A DNA stretch of 61,793 nt, the filler included, from Sanchytrium tribonematis (taxonomy: Eukaryota): the NCBI GenBank assembly GCA_018985235.1. It is 5 parts of 5 records of this genome, joined end to end, with 100 filler letters (N's around TTAATTAATTAA, not from the genome) between each part and the next. Parts side by side here need not be neighbours in the genome. Positions count along the whole stretch, not along the records: positions 24,817 to 37,110 come from JADGIG010000225.1; positions 37,211 to 49,486 come from JADGIG010000226.1; 3 more parts are not named here. One strand, 5' to 3'. The notes under the pieces are model-generated. The model saw only the letters and a program-made list of their open reading frames with translations, was not told the origin of the DNA and searched no databases. Positions 35,485-44,875 of the stretch are shown piece by piece (the stretch's first letter is position 1; each line of letters begins with the position of its first letter). The position numbers and the translations under genes were made by a program.

Positions 35485-36166
35485 ATGCAACCGAATTTAC
35501 AATTGAAAATACAATTGCCGTATCATTGGACAGAGGAAACTGCAAAAAAATACTTTCACAGACACTGTCCAACTGCTCATCTTAATTTGGATGGTAAAAG
35601 TGGTATTTTAGTATTCAAATGTTATGCAGATATGCTGGATGCAATGAAGTGTGCTTCAATTCCACATCTTGATTCTGCCCCAACTTTGCAATTATACTAT
35701 GATACCAAATATTTCCTAGTGCACGAGTCTATTTTCAATTCGCATCATCAGCAAGGAACTTTTAAATTTTCATTGTCGAAACAAAAAAGACTTAATGAAT
35801 GCTTTCTGGTATATAAAACTAATTTAGAAGTATGAATCTGTTGTTTTCCTTGTACATAATTGTCAAGATATTATCAAAAATGGTTTATTAATGTCTCCAC
35901 TTTCTTCTGGAAACAAATTTGTTTATTCGGCTGATATCCGATTGTTTACTACAGATATACCATTTGATTTTATCAAAAAGCAATTGAAGCAGAGGCTGAG
36001 GCAGGACGATGGAATGTTCCCCTATATGGATCCTTTGGGATTGCTTGATATGATTTTTAAAAGTCAAGCGACTTTTTTAGAATTGGATGACGACATAGGG
36101 AAATTTATTTATTCTCTCTTCGCATCTCCAAAAGGGCATGCCATCCTGTCTATTAATAACAACTAG
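35485..36166 (+). CDS. Hypothetical protein, 2 exons, 220 aa
   Basis: ORFs 35485..35835 and 35891..36166 join in frame (ECFL|KYESVV) after removing 35809-35827. Confidence 0.65.
35809..35827 (+). other. 19-nt spliceosomal intron GTATATAAAACTAATTTAG
   Basis: ACTAAT branch motif with A at -6; removal fuses two ORFs. Confidence 0.82.
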
Positions 36167-36357
36167 TTTATATAATGTTTAATAAAATAATTTTAATATT
36201 TGTCGTGTCATTTGTCAAGGGGCAGCTCCGAAATTGCATTGTTAAGATATTGTCTATTCAATTGTGCTACAAATATTGTTGTTGAATCGATGGGTAAATA
36301 TCAACCAATTACCTTCTGTACATCTCATCAAAAGTAAAATTTACTCGAAACGCCAAG

Positions 36358-36813
36358 ATGGCTGAAGTTCTACCCAAGATACACTACGCTTTTATCATTG
36401 ATGGAGAAACCTTTGGGCTAACAATAACTGATTCTCCTATCAGAAAATCTAAAGAAAAAATGAATTTAAAAGTGTTTTATGACGCGAAAACTCCAGTTTT
36501 CTATATTAATTTTCCTCTAAAAGAATGTTCTAATTACACGAGTACTTATATGGCATTAGATGAAGGCTGTATAGAATTGTATACTTACTTATTTGTAAAT
36601 GATGAACAGATTTTGGTAATTCATGAAAGAAACAAATACTTAAATCCTCTTGAAAACTTTTGGAATAATGTTCTAAGTTTTGAGGACACCTCTTTACAGA
36701 ATATTACCGTCATCCATAAGGTTCTTAGCCATCATTACGAAGAACCAATACTTTTGATTGTAAAATTCAACTTGGAACCAAATTGTTTCCCTAAATATCA
36801 TAGAATTCAGTGA
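36358..36813 (+). CDS. Hypothetical protein
   Basis: 151-aa ATG-started ORF; no recognised motif. Confidence 0.45.
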   Translation: MAEVLPKIHYAFIIDGETFGLTITDSPIRKSKEKMNLKVFYDAKTPVFYINFPLKECSNYTSTYMALDEGCIELYTYLFVNDEQILVIHERNKYLNPLENFWNNVLSFEDTSLQNITVIHKVLSHHYEEPILLIVKFNLEPNCFPKYHRIQ

Positions 36814-36862
36814 AATCATATAATAAATCACATAAAAATTGCTTTATTATAATTGTACAGAG

Positions 36863-37110
36863 TCAATCTTTAGCTTTAATCTTATTTACAAATGATTTGA
36901 ACCAATTTCTATCAGAGTCTTTTGTTAATACCCTTTTGTACCTATCAATGTAAACAATTTGTAAGTTATTAAAAGCACCTCTGCGCTTCTCACGGATAAA
37001 TTCTACAGCATCCAGATTTGCCATTCCATGTTCAATTAAGGCTATAGCAATTAAAACAGGTGCCCTGCCTAGTCCTGCAACACTAAATAAATTGGAATTA
37101 CCAATGCACA
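36863..37110 (-). CDS. PRL/PTP4A-type protein tyrosine phosphatase, 5'-partial (absent from the ORF track)
   Basis: Manual translation after splicing: [75 protein letters not shown]. Confidence 0.92.
37083..37101 (-). other. 19-nt spliceosomal intron GTAATTCCAATTTATTTAG (PRL phosphatase)
   Basis: Splits the catalytic Cys codon (TG|T) of [11 protein letters not shown]. Confidence 0.95.
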
Positions 37111-37210
37111 NNNNNNNNNNNNNNNNNNNNNNNNNNNNNNNNNNNNNNNNNNNNTTAATTAATTAANNNNNNNNNNNNNNNNNNNNNNNNNNNNNNNNNN
37201 NNNNNNNNNN
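37111..37210. other. Artificial contig linker
   Basis: N44-TTAATTAATTAA-N44. Confidence 0.98.
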
Positions 37211-37706
37211 TCTGAATTGTGTATCAAGTCTAAGTTTTTAAAACACCAATCAAATTTCGAATTTTGAGCTGACGTTTTAAGCGCATCGCAAAATTCAGGC
37301 ATTTCCGTCGTGTATGGTACGACGAATTGAGTATGCAGAGTATACGTCGAAGTGACATTCAAGACTATTCTTTACAGCACTAACGAATGATTTATTATTT
37401 AACAGTTGAATCTCAAGTCTGATAATTCACCCATTCCATATAGCACTAAATGACGCCCCTAACACCTCTAATTATACAGGGAGCAACATTTATAAGACAT
37501 TGGTGTAGCATTCGGAAGACGACAATGGTATTTGCGCTTTATACCAAGATCAAAAGGATGGACACAACTACTATAGAGAGCACGGTGTCAATACTTCAAA
37601 GATAACTACAAACGATTGTAAATTTGTAGTGGGGTGACATTTTTACACATCAGGCCATATGCTCGTACTTATTCTACAGCAATCGCAATTAAAAGAATTC
37701 AATCCA

Positions 37707-37740
37707 GTTGTATAATATCTCTGGTTGTATAATATCTCTG
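37707..37740 (+). repeat. Perfect 17-bp tandem duplication GTTGTATAATATCTCTG x2
   Basis: Read directly from the sequence. Confidence 0.9.
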
Positions 37741-38155
37741 TAACTGTATGTAGTAAAGGCAAAGAAAATAACTACATTCTTGAAATGCCATTGGATATTA
37801 ATAGCGAATTATGTTATTTATGGAAATTCGATAACAGACTTCATCAGGTTTGTGACATTTTTCTTAAAGCAAGGACAGAAAAAAGCTACATTTACCACCT
37901 GACTCCATATAAAAAATCGACGTATTTCCTTCCTCTAGCGACCAAATGTTGATGTTTCTTGCATATTTTAGTGTAAATTATTGTGTATCCACTTATTCTG
38001 CGATTTTAAGTAGTAGTAAGGATATATAAGCAATTTTAAGATACTTGATAAGGTGATTAGAAAGACAAAGATTGTATCGCGATTAAACCAGACAAAATTG
38101 TGACGATTCACAACAATCAAAAAATATTCATGTCTCTATCTGTTCATGAGAAAGA

Positions 38156-40435
38156 TCACCATATGAAATTTGTTTCCAATGTTCGTCTTAACGACATATT
38201 TAAAATAAAAGGTGGGATGTTGTTTTTAAGTTCCTCCTCCAAATGTTGCAAGGACTTAATAATGACTCTATTTCTTACTTGTAGAATTCTTTCGACTGCA
38301 TCTTCCCCAATATCTGGAAGCATCTTCATGGCCGAAGGACTTGCAACGTTTATTAGAAGCCGGTCATTCCTTGATAAAACTTCATTTCTGGCGCAAATAA
38401 TGGAGGTCATAAACTTTTTAAACCTTGGTCCTTCTACAAAATAGAACTCTAAACCATTTTTGACCAGTTCGTGAAATTTAAGTGGAAAATTTATAAGGTT
38501 GCAATTATTGACCAGAGCAATATAAAGTTGTCTATATATTTTGATATAGAAAGTTTTTTCATACCAGGAGACCAATAATTTAATCGGAACCACTGAGTTT
38601 TCCAAAGATTTCTCAAGGCTGGATTTGCAAGCAGAAGCGGAATTATAATTCTTAAATTGATAAAAAATCAATATAGGTTCCATGCTTTCAGAGATTAGCA
38701 GCTGAACGCAATCAATGCCATCCTGATTGGATGCACACGCAACTATGAATGGTGCATCTTTCTGAATCTCAGCTGTTTTGTAGCCAGCATAATACTTGAG
38801 ATTTTTAAATCCATTGCGGGATATTTTCAAGTTAGTTTTTAAAAGTGGAATAGGGTCCACAACCAGAATAAAGTCATGTCGTTCAACCTCAACGCAAATG
38901 TACTTAGATAATAAAATTGTGTTTCCCAATAAACTTTTATCATTAATTTCAAAAAACAAAAAAGTTTTAAAGCTAATTAATTGAGCCGCTAAATTTTCAA
39001 ATTCATTACCTGAAGATGAATCAAATGAATCTAAGTAAAGTCTACTGAGGAGCCGCTTGATGTTCAATGGCAGATTCGAGTAGTATTTGGACGAATAATC
39101 TACCCAATACATCGGAAATCTGACTAGCATTTCACCATCAATGTCGGAAGGAAACAGGAAAGCTTGTCCACATTTTGTGTATTGGTCCCAAAATGGGTCC
39201 AATGCACTAACAGGCCATTCAAGAAACGAATAAGCAACGATCTTATTTAATTCACTAACAGGGATATGGTCTCTCTGTGGGAAGCTAGCCTTGGAAAGTA
39301 AAATATCTATTTCTTTGCAAGTCCGAGTCAAATTTTTTTCTTTCTTGATTACATTATACAGTCTTGGTATACCAGAAATATCCTGCAGAACTTTGTAAAT
39401 TTCTTTTAAATGCTCGGGATCGCTGATCCGGTTTGTCAAATCTTTCATCATGGATGACAATTGTAAAGGTGGAATAGAAAACGAGATGGAAAAATATCTT
39501 GATTCTCTAAAAATTTGATTGATTTTTCCGGCTATTGTTCCTGCCGTAATAATGATAAGCAATGACCTGTTTTCTTTCGGACTAAGAATTGCTCCACAGA
39601 AATCAACAAATTCGGTTAATCTCCCATGATCTTCGAGTTTTTTAAATTCATCGATGAGCAACAAAACGCATTTGTTTGGATCGGGAAATATTGAAGTCAA
39701 TCTAAGATTGTCAGTGTCGTAAGCATCAAGTAAATTGCCGCTTTTAACAGTTCCCAAACTTTCCAGACACCTGGCTGCTATGACTTTTTCCATATCGTAT
39801 TGACCTTCTATTTTACTATATGATTGACTGCTATTGAAACTTATAAAAACTGGATGAATTGATTTGTGCAGATGATTACCCTCAAAATAAATATATCTTA
39901 TCTCTTTAAGCAACTCTGTTTTGCCAATACCTGTAGCCCCACTACAAACAAATATCGGAAAATCTTCTCTTTTAAAATTTATGTAGTCTATTTCACCTCT
40001 GAATCTCTCAATTTGGTTTGAAACTTCTTTCGTTATTTTACTAATGATATCAGCTCTGTCAAGTAATTTGGATCTCGCATTTCTTTCAAGATAATCTTTA
40101 GATGGCCACTTCACTATCAATCTCTTCGACTCTATATAAGACTTAATTTTCGAAAAAGGATCATTTTTGAGTAAACTATCTTCCTCCTTTTGTATTGTTG
40201 AACCTTCTAATTCTAAGTCCCAAGAGAAAAACTTTTTTTTTAATAGTTCGATCCATCTCTCAAACACTATACTAGTGTTCCATTGTTCATTTAGTAAAAT
40301 ATTGAAATTTATGTTTTTACACACATTTGGAATTTCAACACAAATTGATAAATTGGAACCAATTATTTCAAAATCAATCGAAGCCCTTTTTCCTTTATGC
40401 TTGTAATCATTTACTGCAAATGAATATCTAAACAT
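38156..40435 (-). CDS. Crinkler/RHS-like protein: P-loop NTPase + restriction-endonuclease-like domain + C-terminal helix-hairpin-helix
   Basis: Walker A SGATGIGKT, Walker B LLLIDEF, SGIPRL, GNEFENL, GIDC...IFYQFK, and ComEA-like LINVASPSAMKMLPDIGEDAVERIL. ATG is 40435 or 40501. Confidence 0.7.
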   Translation of the reverse strand: MFRYSFAVNDYKHKGKRASIDFEIIGSNLSICVEIPNVCKNINFNILLNEQWNTSIVFERWIELLKKKFFSWDLELEGSTIQKEEDSLLKNDPFSKIKSYIESKRLIVKWPSKDYLERNARSKLLDRADIISKITKEVSNQIERFRGEIDYINFKREDFPIFVCSGATGIGKTELLKEIRYIYFEGNHLHKSIHPVFISFNSSQSYSKIEGQYDMEKVIAARCLESLGTVKSGNLLDAYDTDNLRLTSIFPDPNKCVLLLIDEFKKLEDHGRLTEFVDFCGAILSPKENRSLLIIITAGTIAGKINQIFRESRYFSISFSIPPLQLSSMMKDLTNRISDPEHLKEIYKVLQDISGIPRLYNVIKKEKNLTRTCKEIDILLSKASFPQRDHIPVSELNKIVAYSFLEWPVSALDPFWDQYTKCGQAFLFPSDIDGEMLVRFPMYWVDYSSKYYSNLPLNIKRLLSRLYLDSFDSSSGNEFENLAAQLISFKTFLFFEINDKSLLGNTILLSKYICVEVERHDFILVVDPIPLLKTNLKISRNGFKNLKYYAGYKTAEIQKDAPFIVACASNQDGIDCVQLLISESMEPILIFYQFKNYNSASACKSSLEKSLENSVVPIKLLVSWYEKTFYIKIYRQLYIALVNNCNLINFPLKFHELVKNGLEFYFVEGPRFKKFMTSIICARNEVLSRNDRLLINVASPSAMKMLPDIGEDAVERILQVRNRVIIKSLQHLEEELKNNIPPFILNMSLRRTLETNFIW

Positions 40436-40609
40436 TTTCAAATAGCTTCGTGGGGTATTGTTGGAGGACAAATTTATTAATAAAACAAAAATCCAAGGCA
40501 TTATATTCGATTTTCATTAAAGAACTTCCTTTAAATACAAATTTACATGGTATCAGAAGTAAGCACTCTATGTAAATAATATTTATCACAACTGAAAAAC
40601 TGATTTTGC

Positions 40610-40751
40610 AGCCAAAGAAAGATTAAAATTCATATTTTTACACACATTTGTGAAAGGAAATTGATAAATTGGATCCAACTAACTTTAAATCAACAGCTAC
40701 AATCTTTCCCTTGCGCTTTAATTCGTTCGCTGCAATTGGATAGCTAAGCAT
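40610..40751 (-). pseudogene. Degenerate second copy of the N-terminal header of the Crinkler-like gene
   Basis: MLSYPIAANELKRKGKIVAVDLKLVGSNLSI vs MFRYSFAVNDYKHKGKRASIDFEIIGSNLSI; shared DNA blocks TTTTTACACACATTTG and AAATTGATAAATTGGA. Confidence 0.8.
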
Positions 40752-40827
40752 TTTGACACAAATTTTAAGGGGAATAATCAGACACTATTTTCTAACAACT
40801 CAGTCAACCTCCGTATTCAGGGCAATA

Positions 40828-42077
40828 TCATTTTACACCTATATACCCTTTTGTAGAATTTGGATTACTGGCATATTTTCGAGAGAGATCGGCAAAATTT
40901 AAAATATATCCAGGATGACCAATACAGTACATATCCGTTCCTCTATTTTCGATAACATTCTGATCGCAAAGAACTTGAATTTCATCCACACATCGTTTTG
41001 GTGACCAGTTAAGAGTGTTTTCATTTGCTGCATCAATAATCTCTTTCAAATCAGAGTGACTCATTTCTTGAAACTTCCAAGGAAAGTCTTTACAATCGTA
41101 TTTGGAGACAAATACAGCAATAATAGTCCAAACAAAAGGACTTCAAGCATCCATAGCTTCTGTCAATTTATCATTTTTCAGCACCAAATCACCAGTGGCA
41201 CCACCGTATTTTAAAAACCGATCAGTCGCATCTTCATTGCTGATTTCTTCTCCATCTACTATTTTGAACAATTCTTTAATTTCATCAATAGTTTGAAGGG
41301 TAAGTCAATAACACAAACGATATTTTTTACCATTCAAATCACCATATACTCCATAATAAAGATCGTGTTCCCCTTTTGAATACAGTGAACGTAATACCTG
41401 GGAGCTTCCAATAAGCCAGCCAACACAACCAACAATTTCAGATACATGTAACAATTCAACAATAAGACTATTAACACTTGCTAATTCCTCATATCTCGAT
41501 ATACCCGCTTTTTTTATGTAAACCTCTTGATACTCATCAATTATCAAAAGTAGTTTAAAATTTGGAACTTTTTCACTTACTAAAGACAGGAAGTCTGTCA
41601 TATTATCAGTGCTGATGTTAGCAGGGACTTTTTGAGGAAACTCTTTTTCAATCTCTTTCAAGATTAATGGAATCAAAGTATATTGTTTTTTACGACTAAA
41701 TCATTCGCATCTAATAAAATCAACACTGCGTCTTTATATACCGATTTAATGGCGTTTTTCAATTCCCTTACAATTGTGGTCTTGCCAGTCATTTTTGATC
41801 CCAATAAAACTCTAGAAAGTCTTTTATGATGCAGTGGTGAAATACTATCGTCAAAACTACGTATAATATCTTCTAGTAACTTAAATACTGAATTACTATT
41901 TTCTTTTGAAATAAAACAACCTTTATCAATCCCTTTGACAATATTTGTCATTTTCTCTTTATAGTCTTCTTTTCCAACATTGCCAGCCAATTCTAGTGCA
42001 TGAATATGATTATTGTTATCATTGATGTTTAATTTGCTAAAATCCAAAACCCTAGTAATATCAGGAGTCGGCGTCAA
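40828..42077 (-). pseudogene. Disrupted P-loop NTPase (Crinkler/STAND-like) gene
   Basis: Walker A GSKMTGKT and Walker B LLIIDEYQ. One frameshift near 41675 with no GT-AG segment, plus two in-frame TGA codons (41305-41307 and ~41143-41145). Confidence 0.72.
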
Positions 42078-42426
42078 TATTCAAGAGTAAAAAAAGCCTC
42101 CTTATATTGAACGAGGAAGATATTCTTTATTTGCAATACAAGAAATTAATCTTAACAGTTAAACTAAATTGTTCCATATATTACTATCAGGTCGTTGGCG
42201 ATTCAAAACCAATATGTTATTTTGTAAATATGAATAAGATGAACCCTTTATTAATTCTAGTACTCTATCTGATGACCAAACGAGGCAGAATTGCTCATAT
42301 GCATCCTTTTAGGTTTCGTGTAAACTGTAATTGGATTCACAAGAGATCAAGATTTTTTCTAGTCTCGTTTCCAAAGAGCGTGTCCCATATTATTTATTTT
42401 TCACATTATTTCACCACACTGGTTTT

Positions 42427-43845
42427 TTATAGATTCTTACTTTTAACGTATTTATCCAGCTGATTTTTAACTGGTTTTTCAAACTTGTAATGGACAAAGA
42501 CTGATCCCAAATATATCAGAAATATAACCTTGAATAGATCAGTGTCATTCTCTACTTTCTTCATAAACCCTGCACCAATGGCTATGATGATCACTTGAAG
42601 TGCCGGCATGTGGATAAGATACATTGCAAAGCTAATGGTTCCAAAATGATGAAATAATCCAATTAAATATTTACAAATTAAGCTGTTATCTAAAGTGATT
42701 ATAAAGAATAACCCATAGACCCCTATGTTGTAATAAGAGTATTCATCAAGCAGGACCATTTCATAAAAATGGGTCAATAAATACAAGGTACACGCATCCC
42801 AAAATAATTGAAATATTGGTCGATTTGTATGAAAATAGCTAAATGACTTGTAATAGATCACGCCGATAAAAAAAGGATGGCCTAATAAACATGTTGATGA
42901 TTTGAGTTGAAAATACCCATATGCGCAGTAATAAGCAGCCATTTCGAATATAAATAATGCCCAATAAATTGGAAAAATTCGAATTACAAAATACATAAAC
43001 AAATTGAGCAGCCATTCTACAGACAAACTCCACGCCGGAGGATTGCATCCGGACGCCCTCACACTACTTAATCTATCAACGCCCCAGTACATGGTAAGAC
43101 CCCAACAATTTAAAAGTGAATCTGCAGTCATTCTTTCCCACTTGTCTTTGAAATAATGCAGAAAGGTGTAGCTGGTAAAAGTCTTGAATATCACATCACA
43201 TAGCAGATGCATTGGATAAAATCTGGTGGCTCTACCAATAATCAAACGGGGCAAGTTAGTCGATCTTTTCTCTGTCCAATGTACCTGGCAAATAATATAC
43301 CCACTTAGTACCATAAACAAAGGCACCATGTCTTTACCATGCTCTCTAATAAACCAATGTAATTTAGATTTTGTAGGAAATGCTTTTAAATATCCTTCAT
43401 CTACAAATTGCTGTAATTCAGGTAAAACATGGAAAATCACCACGATGATTGCAGCGAACCCGCGTAATGCATCTAAATGGTGAGATCTTGCAGAACGTGA
43501 TCCAGAGGTCCATAAATAGTCTTTAATGGTACGGAATTTCCAAGTTGAAGTTTTACTTTTGGTTTTAAACATTTCACGCTCATTGTCGATCTTCTCATGC
43601 TCTTTGATATGGGCTGTCGGAAGTAAGGTGTATCGATATGGAAGATATTTGCTTGCCATATCAACAATAATTTGAACATATCCATAGTCTTTTAAACACC
43701 AGAAGAGCTTGCTCATTGTTAGAATAATTTGTAAGTACATAGGAAATTCGAAGTATTGGTAAAATGTGACTGAAATCAACAGCATCATCACCAAGTCATA
43801 AACAAATTCAATGCGAGAAAAATTAAATGGATATAAAATCTTCAT
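42427..43845 (-). CDS. Acyltransferase-3 family (OafA/YrhL-like) membrane O-acyltransferase
   Basis: HLDALRGFAAIIVVIFH, FMVLSGY, RATRFYP, WSLSVEW, GTISFAMYLIHMP, HYKFEKP. Confidence 0.9.
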   Translation of the reverse strand: MKILYPFNFSRIEFVYDLVMMLLISVTFYQYFEFPMYLQIILTMSKLFWCLKDYGYVQIIVDMASKYLPYRYTLLPTAHIKEHEKIDNEREMFKTKSKTSTWKFRTIKDYLWTSGSRSARSHHLDALRGFAAIIVVIFHVLPELQQFVDEGYLKAFPTKSKLHWFIREHGKDMVPLFMVLSGYIICQVHWTEKRSTNLPRLIIGRATRFYPMHLLCDVIFKTFTSYTFLHYFKDKWERMTADSLLNCWGLTMYWGVDRLSSVRASGCNPPAWSLSVEWLLNLFMYFVIRIFPIYWALFIFEMAAYYCAYGYFQLKSSTCLLGHPFFIGVIYYKSFSYFHTNRPIFQLFWDACTLYLLTHFYEMVLLDEYSYYNIGVYGLFFIITLDNSLICKYLIGLFHHFGTISFAMYLIHMPALQVIIIAIGAGFMKKVENDTDLFKVIFLIYLGSVFVHYKFEKPVKNQLDKYVKSKNL

Positions 43846-44875
43846 GACCTAATTATTACACGCGGATACGTTTCGTTGAATCCCTGAAAGTTGTCCGTCC
43901 AATCAATGTGAACCAGGAGACTGGACGTAATTCCATGTTAAATAAAATTTGATTTTTATAGAATCGAAGAAAGATTAACGATCATTGAAATATTCATCTA
44001 GAATTATTATTTGATATTTTAAAAGGATCAACTTAAATCAATATAAAATCCGGATATATGCAGAGAGTTAAGTTTTCTCGTTATACTTATACTGCATGAT
44101 ATCCAATTCAAATTCCTATGACAACATAGACTTTAAATTTGTGATATTAAATAAAGTTTGAGAAGCTAATTGGTAGACTGTTGCAGGTGCGGTATTTAAG
44201 TTTAGGATGTCACTTTTAAATGATATTTATCTTAAACAATATAACTCTAAGTTAGATGGCTTTTCATCGATTAATTAAAGAATTAAATGCTTGACTGTAC
44301 TACACACTTTTATGTAAATTTTTCAATAAATCATGATGAAAATAATGTAACTATTTGACCGAAAATTTACGATTACTTTTCACATGGGAAAATAGATTGA
44401 ATTTTGGAAAATAGCAAGATTTTGCAAGGTTTCAACGGATTTTCAAATTAAATTTTTTCTTGAAGCATTACTTTTGTTTTAAGGACAGCCATATTGCCAT
44501 TCAGGTTTGAAATTATAGTTTACGCTTTTAAAATTAGTATTTATTTGAATTCTGAAATTTGTTGAATTTTCGAAACGATACAACCTTTTCCAGCTTTACT
44601 TTATCTGATTCGTCGCATCAATTTATTACCGCCTAAACTTGCGCGACTAGATCAATTTATTCAATACGTCATTTAGTACCAACATATCCAATTTTCTACT
44701 TTTGATGATATGTTTTATTTCAATAATACCTTCAAACAAAACTATACATTGGGACTTTATGGGTGATCTATTCGGCACCTCATTAATCAATTTCTAAAAT
44801 TTCCAAGAGTCACATGATTTAGACGTCAAATGTGTAGTTTTTTGGATATAAGCCTGTTTCCCCTTTCATACTCTA

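Noticed and set aside
37211..38100. Short ORFs and a 17-bp tandem duplication at the start of the accessory contig
   Set aside because: No recognisable product; only two adjacent copies with no spacer, so not CRISPR-like; probably decayed sequence.
41143..41307. Two in-frame TGA codons suggesting TGA=Trp or Sec recoding
   Set aside because: TGA ends intact genes here (NF1, PRL, the SNARE), and the same gene also has a frameshift; pseudogenisation is simpler.
43849..43869. 21-nt GT..AG segment upstream of the first acyltransferase (minus strand)
   Set aside because: Removing it does not put the upstream ATG ORF in frame with the gene.
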